Positions 38,522 to 49,318 of a stretch of 64,000 nucleotides of DNA are shown here, piece after piece (position 1 is the stretch's first letter; each line of letters starts with the position of its first letter). The position numbers were made by a program, and so were the translations under genes. The stretch is from an uncultured delta proteobacterium (GTDB lineage Bacteria > Myxococcota_A > Polyangia > Polyangiales > Polyangiaceae): positions 864,001-928,000 of the forward strand of contig CAWKKR010000008.1 in the NCBI GenBank assembly GCA_963850305.1. Direction: 5' to 3'. Below the pieces are notes generated by a model. That model searched no databases. It was not told the DNA's origin and was given only the letters and a program-made list of their open reading frames with translations.

Positions 38522-40072
38522 TTAACAGAGTTCGCGGTCCGGACGCGCCACCGACCGAGCGCCTCCAGGGCGCCCAGGGTTCAGATCGCGGAGGCGAATG
38601 CCGAGGACGGCCCGCAGATAAAGGGCGTAGGCGCCGAGGCCCACAGCAGCGTAGAGCGCGAGCCGCCCGGCCGCGCCGATGACGGACAGGTGCAGGAAGG
38701 ACAGCGCGGCGAGCGACGCGGCCATCGCTCCGAGCGCGCCCGCCACGGGGGCGATCTGCTTGACGATGGGCCAGACACGAATGCCGGCGATGCGCCGCGT
38801 CCAGTGCGCGAGGACGACGAGCAGGCTCGGATATGTCGCGAGCCATACCCCGACGACGACGAACAGACCCCACCGCTGCCCGAAGAAGTGCAGCGCGAGC
38901 GCGAAGCCCACTGCGAGCACGCCGAGGCTCAGGAGGGCGTCGTAGACCGCGTACTCCGCACGATTGATCGCGAAGAAGATCTGTGGGTAGAGCTCCGCGA
39001 ACCCCCGCAGCAGGGCCGCCCAGCCGAGCAATCGGGCCACCGGGACCGCGGCGAGCCAGCGTTCGTTCGCGATGACACGAATGGTGTCGGCGCTCTCGAA
39101 CCACAGGAAAACCACTGTTGGCCCCAGCAAGAGGAGCAGATACCGGAAAGACCGCGCGAACGCGCCCTCGAGTTCGTTCCGGTCGTGAGCGATGCGCGAG
39201 TAGACCGGGTATGTGACGCGGTTGACGACCGTGACGACGATCTCGAGCGGCGTCATCGCGAGGTCGAAAGCCACGCGATACACGCCAAGCGCCTCCACGC
39301 CGAGGAAGCGGCCGACGAAGAAATAGTCCGTATTCTTCTGGGCGAAGAGGATCGCCGTCGAGGTCGCGTTCCGGATTCCGAACGTCAGGAAGCGTCTGAC
39401 CTCCGCGAATCGAAGGTGTGCCTTCGGCCAGAAGGGGGCCAGCAGGTACACGAACAAGAGGGCGTAGACGCCGCGGGCTGCATTGGCGATGACCAGCGAC
39501 CATGCGCCGGCGTTGCACAGGAGCAGCACGATCTTCGTGCCCGCCTCGAGGGCCGACGCGCCCGTCTGCACGGCGCTTGCCTCCCGAAATTGCAGACGGC
39601 GAGCAAGGAGCTGGAGCGGCACGACCGCCACACCGACGAAGACCAGCTTCGACGCCGCGGTGACGAGCAACCATTTCAGCTCGGGCTCCCGGTAAAAGCC
39701 GGAGATCGCCGGCGAGACGACGACCATCGCCGCGGCGAGCACGCAGCCGACCAGCGTGCAAAACCAGAAGAGACTGTCGAGCTCGCGTCGCGAAACGTCC
39801 TTGGTCTGGACGAGCGCGCTCCCGACACCGAGACCCGAGAGGGCCTCCACGACGATGGCGACGCTCCAGGCGAGGGACGCGATGCCCATGTCCTCGCGGC
39901 TCAGCTTCCGGAGCAGGATGACCAGCCCGGCCACGTCGAGCAATCGCATCAACAGCGTGGCGGAGCCAAACCAGAGGAGCCCGCGCTTCAGCTCGCTCTC
40001 GGCGTCGATGCCGCCGTCCGGCCGCTCCTCAGCAGGTTCCGCCCGACTGTTCCCATCTGGAGGAGCGCTCAT
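38522..40072 (-). CDS. Oligosaccharide flippase (Wzx/PST family)
   Basis: GLGVGSALVQ, GAWSLVI, DYFFVGRFLGVEALGVYRVAF; multiple TM segments. Confidence 0.9.
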   Translation of the reverse strand: MSAPPDGNSRAEPAEERPDGGIDAESELKRGLLWFGSATLLMRLLDVAGLVILLRKLSREDMGIASLAWSVAIVVEALSGLGVGSALVQTKDVSRRELDSLFWFCTLVGCVLAAAMVVVSPAISGFYREPELKWLLVTAASKLVFVGVAVVPLQLLARRLQFREASAVQTGASALEAGTKIVLLLCNAGAWSLVIANAARGVYALLFVYLLAPFWPKAHLRFAEVRRFLTFGIRNATSTAILFAQKNTDYFFVGRFLGVEALGVYRVAFDLAMTPLEIVVTVVNRVTYPVYSRIAHDRNELEGAFARSFRYLLLLLGPTVVFLWFESADTIRVIANERWLAAVPVARLLGWAALLRGFAELYPQIFFAINRAEYAVYDALLSLGVLAVGFALALHFFGQRWGLFVVVGVWLATYPSLLVVLAHWTRRIAGIRVWPIVKQIAPVAGALGAMAASLAALSFLHLSVIGAAGRLALYAAVGLGAYALYLRAVLGIRLRDLNPGRPGGARSVARPDRELC

Positions 40073-40195
40073 GGACCCGGGCGACGCGGACTTCGGCTCC
40101 CAACGTCTCACGCGCTCGGTCGCCGGTCAATCCACGCGAAAACGCGCTCGCCCTGCGCTCGTCCACCACGATGGTCGATCGTCCCGAGCGGCGCC

Positions 40196-41377
40196 TCAGT
40201 TGCTCACGGGCGTCCGCGTGCAGGTCTGGCTGTGCCAGTCGATGCGGGCGCCACCGTCGATCATGTCGAAGTCGCTCGGCTTCAGCGCTCCGAGATCGGA
40301 GCCACCGATGGCGCCGGACGCCTCGGTGGTGGCCGAGACGTAAATGTTGCCGCCGTCGGCCAGGAACATGCCGTAGGTCTGCAGGGCCTTGGCCACGGCT
40401 CGCGCGGCGTCATTGGGAAGCGATGTGAGATCGTAATCGGCACGGAGGCGCAGGCGGGACCCATACGGCAGCGTGTCGGCGCCGCCACTGGGTCCACCGA
40501 TGTGCGTCGCGGGGTGCACGTACACGCCGGAGCGAATGCGGTCGTTCGAGATGGTGAACCGCAGGGCGTGCTTGACCTCCCCGGCGTTCAGCTCGTCGAG
40601 CGTGAGGAGCAGCGGCGCGATCGGCATGTCGCCGGCGTCGGCGCCATTGCAGCCGTCGCCGCGCCCGAAGTTCGGTGGCGCCGCGGGCTGCCAGTAGTCG
40701 CGCGTCAGGTCCCACACGACGAGGCAGCTCCCCGTGAACTGTCCGCCAGTGGCCATCCCGCCGGTCACGTCGGACTGGTACAGCTCGTAGAGGCGCGTGC
40801 CCTGGTAGACGAGCAGGTGACAGTCTCCGCCGCTGCATGCGTAGTCGCTGGACCCCTCCGTCTTCCCGCCGGCGGGCAGCGGGATCGGCGCCGTGTCGCA
40901 ATCGGGGAGCGCGCCGGCGGGCTGAGTGAAAGCGCGGCGCGGGACGCTCGGGTCGGCGACGTTGATCTCGAACGAGAAATCGACGCCGAGCGTCTGGCGC
41001 TTACCGGCGTCGCCCCAGCCGCTCGTCTCGAGCGCCGAAAGGACCGTCGCCGACTCCGCGTCCACGGCGGAACTGGAGATGTCTTGATAGAACACCGCGG
41101 AGGCCGCGAGCGCCGTCTGCGTCGTTCCCGTAGCACCGCCTGCGCTCGCGCCACCCGGGCTTCCGGCTCCGCCGCTCCCGCTGCCATCCGCGGTCCCACC
41201 GGCGCTCGTGCCGCCCGTCGCAATGCTCGAGGCACCCCCGGTGTTGCTCGCGCCACCGTTTGGATTGCCCCCATTCGAACCCGCGGTCCCGTGGTTATTC
41301 GACCCCGAGCTCCCACAGGAGACCGTGGCCAGAGCACATACGGAAAGCAGCCCCCAGTGTAACGAGAGTGTCCGCAT
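40196..41377 (-). CDS. Conserved hypothetical lipoprotein with Gly/Ser linker
   Basis: TVSC lipobox, GGAS-rich linker, globular domain GDCHLLV..LYELY..ADAG..P..HALRFT..P.G.RLRL..ALQTYGM.LAD.G. Confidence 0.8.
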   Translation of the reverse strand: MRTLSLHWGLLSVCALATVSCGSSGSNNHGTAGSNGGNPNGGASNTGGASSIATGGTSAGGTADGSGSGGAGSPGGASAGGATGTTQTALAASAVFYQDISSSAVDAESATVLSALETSGWGDAGKRQTLGVDFSFEINVADPSVPRRAFTQPAGALPDCDTAPIPLPAGGKTEGSSDYACSGGDCHLLVYQGTRLYELYQSDVTGGMATGGQFTGSCLVVWDLTRDYWQPAAPPNFGRGDGCNGADAGDMPIAPLLLTLDELNAGEVKHALRFTISNDRIRSGVYVHPATHIGGPSGGADTLPYGSRLRLRADYDLTSLPNDAARAVAKALQTYGMFLADGGNIYVSATTEASGAIGGSDLGALKPSDFDMIDGGARIDWHSQTCTRTPVSN

Positions 41378-41403
41378 GACCGAGCAGGATAAGCGCAAAG
41401 TGT

Positions 41404-42111
41404 TCACTGACAGAAGTAGTAGGTCGTGAGAAGGAGCCCCCGCGAGCATTTCGTGGTGCCCGGACACAGGTTCGGGCCGTTCGGATCGCAGAGGATGTAC
41501 TGCTCGAGCCCGGCGCACGTGGCCTGACACTGCATGCTCGAGACGTGCGAGGCGAAGCCGACGATGGTGACGTTCGCGCAGCAGGTGGTGTCCCCCGTGC
41601 AATCCGATTGGCTGTCGCACGTGATGGACGTGGCTTGACACGCCAAACCGTTGCAGCACGCGGCGCCTGTAGCGGCGCACTCCCAAGTGCTCCCGCTCAC
41701 GCAGCACTGTTGCTCCGCGGTGCACTGCGTGCCGGAGCAATCCACGCCGTTCGAGCCGGTCACGCCACCGGGGCCGCCGTCGCTGTCCAGGCCGATCTCG
41801 CCACCCGAGCCGACGGGGGAGCCGCCCGCGCCGGAGTCCGTCAGTGCGCCGCCGGCTCCGTCGCCACCCAGCCCGCCGCTGCCGAGGTCACCTCCGCTCC
41901 CGAAATCGACTCCGCCGAGCCCGGACCCGCCGCTCGACGATTCACCGCCGGCACCGCTCGTGTATCCCCCTCCCTGACCGCCCGAGCTGGTCGCACCGCC
42001 ACCTCCCGATGCCGCCGACGATCCGCCGAAGAGGTCTTGTTGCGAGGTGCCTCCGCAGGCGACGGCGAGGCCCGCGGAGAACGCGAGCATGAAGCGAGAG
42101 TCGACCCTCAT
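41404..42111 (-). CDS. Gly-rich/Cys-rich lipoprotein
   Basis: LAVAC lipobox, Gly linker, C-terminal CC-rich domain. Confidence 0.8.
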   Translation of the reverse strand: MRVDSRFMLAFSAGLAVACGGTSQQDLFGGSSAASGGGGATSSGGQGGGYTSGAGGESSSGGSGLGGVDFGSGGDLGSGGLGGDGAGGALTDSGAGGSPVGSGGEIGLDSDGGPGGVTGSNGVDCSGTQCTAEQQCCVSGSTWECAATGAACCNGLACQATSITCDSQSDCTGDTTCCANVTIVGFASHVSSMQCQATCAGLEQYILCDPNGPNLCPGTTKCSRGLLLTTYYFCQ

Positions 42112-42354
42112 GCGATGCCATGCATCCTAGACCCAAGGGAAGGAGTCCGCTATCCCGGTGCAGAACGGCCGGCACCCAATCCCACTGAGCACCGCGTCAT
42201 GCTCTCGTCTCCAGAGGGCCGAGACCGCTCAGCGCCGCGACGGCGAGCCCCCCGAGATCGGGCCCCGCCGGAGAGTCCCGCAATCGTACCTTGCACCTTG
42301 CACGGCTTGCGTGCGGAGCTCGGTTTCGGCTTGAATCTTACCGGTGTGGTTCCG

Positions 42355-44925
42355 ATGAATGCAGCGGGGCTCGATGAGGACAGAGCGTCCACTGCCCCCT
42401 TCGAGGGGTTGAGCCCGGCCGAAGTCGCGGAACGCCGCGAGCGCGACGGTTTCAACGAGCTCGGCGCATCGAAGTCGCGAAGCTTGCTGGCCGACGCCGT
42501 CGACTTGCTCCGCGAGCCGATGTCGTTGCTCTTGCTGATTTGCGGCGGCATTTATGCGGCCGTCGGCGACCGACAAGAAGCGTTCATGCTGCTCGGCTTC
42601 GTCGTCTTCATCATGGCCCTCACGCTGGGCCAAGAGCAAAAGACCGGGCGAGCGCTGGAAGCGCTTCGCGATCTGGCGAGTCCCCGAGCCCTCGTCATTC
42701 GAAAGGGCGAACGCGTTCGAGTCGCCGGACGCGAGCTCGTCCAAGACGATCTCATCGTACTGGCCGAGGGAGATCGTGTCCCCGCTGACGCCATCATCCT
42801 GCACGCGAGTCACGTTGCAGTCGACGAGTCTCTCGTGACGGGCGAGTCGGTACCGGTACGCAAGGGCGTCTGGGACGGTGTGCTCGCATTCGCTCGCCCG
42901 GGCGGAGAAGACTTGCCGTTCGTCTTTGCGGGAACGCTGGTGACGGGCGGCACCGGCATCGCGCGGGTGCACGCGACGGGACCGCGGACGGAGATCGGCC
43001 GTATTGGCGCGGCCATGCACGGCAAGGAGAAGGCGCAAGACACACCGCTGCAAGCCGAGGCCCGGCGCTTGGTCGTCAAACTGGCGTGGCTCGGCGGGCT
43101 ACTCTCGTTGATTGCGGCCCTCGGCTATGGCCTCGCCAAGCGCGACGCACTCGCTGGACTACTGGCCGGGCTGACACTGGCGATGGCGATCCTACCGAAC
43201 GAGTTCCCGGTCGTCGTCACGATGTTCCTCGCGTTCGGCGCCTGGCGGCTCGCAAAAAGGAAGGTGCTTGCTCGGCGCATCCCTGCCGTCGAGTCGCTCG
43301 GCGCGATCACCGTGCTGTGCGTGGACAAGACCGGAACGCTCACGGCAAACCGCATGGTGGTGAGCCGGATGACCGCCAACGGCGAAACCTTCGACCTCGA
43401 ACTACTGCGTACGGCGGCGCTGCCCGAGTCGATGCACCGGACGGTCGAGTTCAGTATCCTGGCCAGCCGTCGCGACCCGTTCGACCCGATGGAGCGTGCC
43501 TTCAAGGAGCTCGGGGAGCGTCAGCTCGCCGGGACCGAACACTTGCACGACGACTGGCTGCTCGTGCGCGAGTACCCGCTCACGCGCGAACGACTCGCCG
43601 TCGTACAGATCTGGCGCGAGCCCGGCCGAGCCTCGCTCGTCGTGGCCGCGAAGGGCGCCCCGGAGGCGATGGCGAAGCTGTGCAGATTGAGCGAAGGTGA
43701 GCGGACCAAGGTGGACGGCGACGTGCGCGCACTCGCGGGCGGGGGCCTACGGGTGCTCGCGGTCGCCCGCTGCGAAGTCCCGGAGACAGCCGTCCCCGAA
43801 GACGTCGCTTCGCTCCACTTTGGCTTCGTCGGACTCGTGGGGCTCGAGGATCCGGTCCGCGTAGACGTCCCGGCGGCGGTTGCGGAATGTCGCACGGCGG
43901 GCATTCGCGTCGTGATGATCACGGGCGACTACCCGGCGACGGCCGAAGCCATCGCGCGCCAGGCGGGGCTCGATGCAACGCGCGTCGTCACCGGTCCCGA
44001 GCTCGCCGCCATGGGCGAGGACGAACTCCGCAAGTGCGTCGCGGACACGAGCGTCTTCGCGCGTATGCTCCCCGAGCAGAAGCTCGGGTTGGTACGAGCG
44101 CTCGAGTCGAACGGCCAGATTGTCGGCATGACCGGTGACGGCGTCAACGACGCGCCCGCGCTCAAGGCTGCGCACGTCGGCATCGCCATGGGCGCCCGCG
44201 GTACCGACGTGGCGCGCGAGGCCGCCGCGGTCGTGCTGCTCGAAGACGACTTTGCGGCACTCGTTCACGGCATCCGCACGGGTCGGCGCATCGTCGACAA
44301 TCTGAGGAAGGCGCTCGCTTACATCCTGGCCGTGCACTTGCCGATTGTCGGATTGACCCTCGTGCCGATCGCCCTGGGTTGGCCGCTCGTGTTGATGCCC
44401 ATCCACATTGCGTTTCTGCATCTCGTGATCGACCCCGCATGCTCGGTCGTCTTCGAGGCCCAACCGGAAGAGGCCGACGTGATGAAAAGGCCTCCCCGCG
44501 CGCCTCGAGACCCGATGTTCGGGCGACGGGTAATCGCGATCAGCAGCGCGCAAGGCACCGCGGTGCTGGCGGTCGTTCTCGCCGTGTATGCGCTTGCTCT
44601 TCACCTGAGGCAGGTCGACGACGAAGCGCGCGCGCTCACGTTTGCGACCTTCCTCGTCGCGAACCTGGCGTTGATCTTCACGAACCGTTCCTGGACCGAG
44701 AGCATCGTATCGTCCTCGCTCAAAGAGGTGACGTTGTGGGCAGTCACCGCTGGCGCGCTCCTCTTCCTGGCCCTCGTCCTGTATGTGCCACTTCTAGCTC
44801 ACCTCTTTCGTTTCGCAGCGCCGAGGCCACTCGACCTCGTATTGTGTTTGGCTGGAGGGACGCTCAGCGTCGGGTGGTTCGAGCTGGTCAAGCGACGCGG
44901 TTCCCCTCGCCCGCGCTCATCGTGA
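42355..44925 (+). CDS. Cation-translocating P-type ATPase (P2-type)
   Basis: TGES, ILPNEFPVV, DKTGTLT, KGAPE, MITGD, TGDGVNDAPAL. Confidence 0.92.
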   Translation: MNAAGLDEDRASTAPFEGLSPAEVAERRERDGFNELGASKSRSLLADAVDLLREPMSLLLLICGGIYAAVGDRQEAFMLLGFVVFIMALTLGQEQKTGRALEALRDLASPRALVIRKGERVRVAGRELVQDDLIVLAEGDRVPADAIILHASHVAVDESLVTGESVPVRKGVWDGVLAFARPGGEDLPFVFAGTLVTGGTGIARVHATGPRTEIGRIGAAMHGKEKAQDTPLQAEARRLVVKLAWLGGLLSLIAALGYGLAKRDALAGLLAGLTLAMAILPNEFPVVVTMFLAFGAWRLAKRKVLARRIPAVESLGAITVLCVDKTGTLTANRMVVSRMTANGETFDLELLRTAALPESMHRTVEFSILASRRDPFDPMERAFKELGERQLAGTEHLHDDWLLVREYPLTRERLAVVQIWREPGRASLVVAAKGAPEAMAKLCRLSEGERTKVDGDVRALAGGGLRVLAVARCEVPETAVPEDVASLHFGFVGLVGLEDPVRVDVPAAVAECRTAGIRVVMITGDYPATAEAIARQAGLDATRVVTGPELAAMGEDELRKCVADTSVFARMLPEQKLGLVRALESNGQIVGMTGDGVNDAPALKAAHVGIAMGARGTDVAREAAAVVLLEDDFAALVHGIRTGRRIVDNLRKALAYILAVHLPIVGLTLVPIALGWPLVLMPIHIAFLHLVIDPACSVVFEAQPEEADVMKRPPRAPRDPMFGRRVIAISSAQGTAVLAVVLAVYALALHLRQVDDEARALTFATFLVANLALIFTNRSWTESIVSSSLKEVTLWAVTAGALLFLALVLYVPLLAHLFRFAAPRPLDLVLCLAGGTLSVGWFELVKRRGSPRPRSS

Positions 44926-47320
44926 CGCCGTGAACAGCTGTTCGAGCGCCGCGACGAACTCGTCCACGTTCACGGGTTTCGTCAGGTATCGGTAAAATCC
45001 TGCCTCGACGCCCCGTTTCTTGTCACGCTCGGAGGCGGCTGCCGTCAGCGCGATGACCGGGATCTCCTTCGTCTGGGGCACGACGCGCAGCGCATGGAGC
45101 GCGTCTATGCCGCTCATGCCCGGCAGGTTGATGTCCATGACGATGACGTCGGGGGTCTGCCCCCGGGCGAGCTCGACGCCCATCTCCGCCGTGGCCGCGG
45201 TGAGCAGATCGACGTCCTCGAAGGTGCTCACCAGGTCCCTCATGAACGTGACGTTGGCGGGGTTGTCCTCGACGTAGAGAACGAGGCGGCGCCGTTCTCC
45301 CGAGTCGAAGCGGGTTGCACCCGGCGGGCGTGCCGGCGGCGCGCTGCTTCGCGCCCGGCCAGCGTGCGACGGGAGCTCGACCCAGAACTCCGATCCCTCC
45401 CCGGAAACGCTTCGGAACCCAACTTCGCCATCCATGAGCTGCGCGAGGCGCTTGCTGATGACGAGACCGATTCCGGTTCCTTCGATCGGTCCGGTCTCCT
45501 GTCCGGCGCGCTGGAACGGTTGAAAGAGCGTGCTCTGCTTGTCCGCCGGGATACCCATCCCGGTGTCACGAACGGTCACGCGCACGCGCCCCGCGTCCGC
45601 GTTCGAAACCGTGAACGTGACGCTGCCCGCGGGGCGATTGTACTTCACCGCGTTCGAACCGAGGTTCATGAGGATCTGAGCAAAGCGGGTCCGGTCAGCG
45701 GCAACCGGAACGAGTTCCGACGGGAGCACATCCAGCTCGATGCGGATCCCGTGGCGAACCGCCATCGACTCGAGCGTTTTCATTACGTCGTCGAGCACGT
45801 CGGCCACGCTGACCGGTTCCGTCGAGATCGACACGGATCCGGCCTCGATGCGCGACAAATCCAGGATGTCGTCGATGAGACGCAAGAGGTGTTCGCCCCC
45901 CTTCAGGATCTGCTCGACGCGTTCCTTGTGCCGGTCGACGAGGGGGATCTTCTTGTCTCGCTGGAGGAGCTGCGCGAAACCGAGGATCGCGTTCATGCGG
46001 GGTCCGGAGCTCGTGACTCATCGACGACAGGAAATCGCTCTTGGCGGCGCTGCCTGCTTCGGCCGCTTCGCGCGCCTCGCGCAGCTCTGCCGCCCGCCGC
46101 TCGTCGTCCGTCAGATCCCAGATGGTCTTGACGAGACCGCCCTCCGCCGTTCGTCGATCCATGACGCGCAAACTACGACCGTCGCGCGTTCGGACGTCGA
46201 ACGTCGACGTTCGGTCGTGCGATCGCCGCGCCAGCCTCTCCGTGCGGAACCGATCACGGCCGGCGTCTTCGCCGAAGTCCAGATCCGTGAGCCAGGCGTC
46301 CAGGACCTCTTGGTAGAGTCTGCCGACGAGCGGTCCAGGGAGAACGTCTCCGATGAGGCGCCGGTAGACGCTGTTGCAGAGCACCAATCGGTCCTCCTGG
46401 TCGAAGAGCGCGAACGCCTCCTGGATGCTCTCGACGGCGCTCGATAGTCGCTCTGCGGCGAGCCTCGCTTCGGATTCGACTCTCTTGCGTTCGGTGATGT
46501 CTCGAATCGCCGCCGAGACGGTCACGCCACGGTCCGCGTGAAGCGGGCTGAGGCTCACCTCGATCGGGACCTCGGTCCCGTCTTTGCGCCTGCCGAAGAG
46601 CTCGAGGCCCGAACCCATCGTGCGTGCGCCGGGGCTCGCAAAGAAGCGGTTGACGTGGCTACCGTGGGCGCTCCGAAACCGCTCGGGAATGAGCATCTCC
46701 AGATTCTGGCCGACGAGCTCCGAGCGCGCGTAGCCGAACAGCCTCTCGGTCTGGACGTTGACGAGAGTGATGCTCCCGTCGTTGGCGACGACCACCATCG
46801 CGTCCGGTGCGGTATCGAGGAGCTGCGTGGACCATTCTCGTGACCGAGCGGACAGCTCTCGTATCGTCTGCTCCTGCTTCTCCTCTTGCTGCCTCGAGCG
46901 GACCATGTCCGTCACGTCTTCGACACGATGGATGATGTTGAGGAGCCGCCCGTCGTCTCCGAGGACGGGAGAATTGACGGGACTCCAGTATCTCTCCTCG
47001 AACCCCCCACCTTCCGACTCGGGGCGTCGAATGTCGTACTTCTGGACGGCCATCGTATCGGGCCGCAACCGCTCGCACACGCGACCGAGGGACGCGCGGA
47101 GGTTCGCGACGCCGGTCGCCTCCGGATCGCCCGGATTGTCGGGAAACACGTCGAAGAGCCCGCGACCGACGATCGCGCCTCTATCCGTCATGGTCGCCTG
47201 CAAATAGGCGTTGCTCACGGCGACGATGGTGAGGTCTGGAGCCAGAACCAGGTAGCAGCCCGGTGCCGCCTGAAACAGCCGCTGGAAATCGGGTTCGCTC
47301 AACGAGCGAGCTCTTACCAC
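44917..47320 (-). CDS. Multi-PAS hybrid histidine kinase (+1 frameshift at the H-box near 45997; start approximate)
   Basis: Three PAS-like domains, MSHELRTP then [11 protein letters not shown] in the next frame, NAVKY, GTGIGL, receiver. Confidence 0.85.
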
Positions 47321-47366
47321 AGTCTCGGAGCGACTCGAGCGTCTACCCTGCGGCGGACGGAGCTCG

Positions 47367-48851
47367 TCAGTGAATTGCGGGATTGCACACGCCGCCCACG
47401 CAGCTCTTCGAACAGCAGTCCGCGCTGGTGCTGCAGGACTGTCCATCCAGGAGACACGCGCTGGTCCCGCCGGCTCCACCCGTGCCGGGTCCCGCGTCCC
47501 CGACGCTCGATGCGCCACCCGCATTTCCGACACCACCCCCGCCGCCCGCACCGGATGATCCCGGTGCTTCGCACGCCAGGAGGAGTTGAATGCTCGCGTT
47601 CGAATCCGCCTCGACCTTGGTGCACGTGACGGGGCAGAGGTGGATCTTCGCCTGGCCGACGGTGCCGTCGTAATACCAGCCGCCACTCGTCGAGTCGCAC
47701 GCCGATGCCGAGCTGGCCCACGCGAGATCCACGGCCGCGGCGGTTCCCGACGTATACTCGACGGTTGCCCGCGTCAGATCGACCGCCTTGCCGTTCGGTG
47801 CTGGCGGCACATCGTAGTCGCACGCAACGTTGTTCGCGTTGCGGATGGCGTTCATCGCGTTCTCGAACTCGGTCTCCGTGTTCGCGCCCGTGTTGACGAT
47901 GAACGCCGATCCGGTGCCGCCGCTCTTGGCGATCTCGTTCACATTGGTGACGACGGTGCAGCTCTGATTGAGCCCATTCGGACAATCCGTCGAACCGAAT
48001 ACGCCGACGACGTACGTCTCGATGGGCGTCGCTCCACTGTCTCCCGTCTTCGCGATGGCGGCGGCGCCGGCGACGGTGCTGTTGCACCCGTTCGGCAACC
48101 CATCCGTCGCGAAGACCACGACCACCTTGTGAGTGGGATGCGCCTTCTGCCAGGTCTGGGCGTAATCGATGGCGCCCTGGAGGGCGGGCTCCGTAGGGGT
48201 GTCGCCGGACGGTGAGATGTTGCCGATGGCTTTGACGATTGCAGCCGCGTTGCCGTTCAGGTTGGCGATCGGCACGTCGGGAATCGCGTAGTCGGCAGCG
48301 TTACAGGAGTCGTTGCCGCCTCCGTTTCCTCCTCCGTGGCGACCGTGACCGCCTCCGGCGTCGGCCGCAGCGGGTGTCTCCACGGCGAAGAATCCGATGC
48401 CCGCGCCGATGCCCGCGGACTGCTTGTCGTTCACGAACTTGGTGAGGGCACCCGTGATCACGGTCCATTTGCTGGGCCCCGCGGCAGTCGCGTCGCCCAT
48501 CGAGCCGGAGCGATCCTGCATGATGAAGATATCGAGCGCCTCCGGCGTTGCCTTGTCCTTCTGGGACACGCACGCGTTCGTCGCGGTGACGGGCGTTACC
48601 GTCGTGACGACCAGCCCGCCGTCAGCGCTGGTACCAACCTCGTTGCCGCCCGCGCCCGATCCGCTCGTACCCGACCCGCCCGCCCCACCGCCCGAAACAT
48701 CGCCACCGTCACGCCCGGACGAGCCCGCGACGGAACCGTCCCGGCGATCCAGCCCGTTGCCCGTACCGTTCGTGTTACCCGAGCCGCTGCAACCCGAGGC
48801 GATCCCGCAACCGAGGAGAGCCGTAAGGCCAAACCTTAAATGATACTTCAT
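47367..48851 (-). CDS. vWA-domain lipoprotein with Gly linker and Cys-rich tail
   Basis: ASGC lipobox, MIDAS DRSGS, TPT, ATDG; GWYY...LCP.TC. Confidence 0.88.
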   Translation of the reverse strand: MKYHLRFGLTALLGCGIASGCSGSGNTNGTGNGLDRRDGSVAGSSGRDGGDVSGGGAGGSGTSGSGAGGNEVGTSADGGLVVTTVTPVTATNACVSQKDKATPEALDIFIMQDRSGSMGDATAAGPSKWTVITGALTKFVNDKQSAGIGAGIGFFAVETPAAADAGGGHGRHGGGNGGGNDSCNAADYAIPDVPIANLNGNAAAIVKAIGNISPSGDTPTEPALQGAIDYAQTWQKAHPTHKVVVVFATDGLPNGCNSTVAGAAAIAKTGDSGATPIETYVVGVFGSTDCPNGLNQSCTVVTNVNEIAKSGGTGSAFIVNTGANTETEFENAMNAIRNANNVACDYDVPPAPNGKAVDLTRATVEYTSGTAAAVDLAWASSASACDSTSGGWYYDGTVGQAKIHLCPVTCTKVEADSNASIQLLLACEAPGSSGAGGGGGVGNAGGASSVGDAGPGTGGAGGTSACLLDGQSCSTSADCCSKSCVGGVCNPAIH

Positions 48852-49017
48852 GGGAGCTCCCTCCGGCGAACCCCTCGTTGGTAAAATAGATAGTACGCGG
48901 CCTTACCCGCGCTCGCAAGCAGTGCACCTCGGCCGCGCGGCGACGTGTGGACGAGTGTCCACCGGAATGCGTCTTCCTGCGACCTCGGCTCACCTGCTTC
49001 GCGAAGGCGGCGTCGAC

Positions 49018-49227
49018 TATAAGAACCCGACCGACGGCACCGTCGCGATCGTCGTCATCAACGACAACCAGACCGACACAACCCTGTCGCTGTTCGTGTC
49101 CGGAGCTGCCCCATGCGCAATGACGCCCTGGGTTACTTCTGCGAGCGGCAACGTCGTCTCGAAGCGCTTGCTCGACGTTTCGAGCTCGAGCTTCAGCGCG
49201 ACGCTCGACGCCCAGAGCGTCACCACG
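49018..49227 (+). pseudogene. Orphan GH30-type C-terminal beta-sandwich fragment
   Basis: YKNPTDGTVAIVVIN...PWVTSASGN...FSATLDAQSVTT resembles the GH30 xylanase C-terminus; no catalytic domain present. Confidence 0.65.
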
Positions 49228-49318
49228 AACTCCGAAAGCGGGCCGAGCGCCGGAGCGCCAGGATGCCCGCCGGGGAGGTGCTCGATGGTCTCGACGCTCG
49301 TGGCTCCGCTCCTCGAGA

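Noticed and set aside
38690..41362. 890-aa + strand ORF and similar long Arg/Ala-rich ORFs across the window
   Set aside because: Antisense or alternate-frame shadows of well-supported genes, with no family motifs.
41545..42354. N-terminal extension of the P-type ATPase
   Set aside because: Overlaps the opposite-strand lipoprotein and has no ATPase features.
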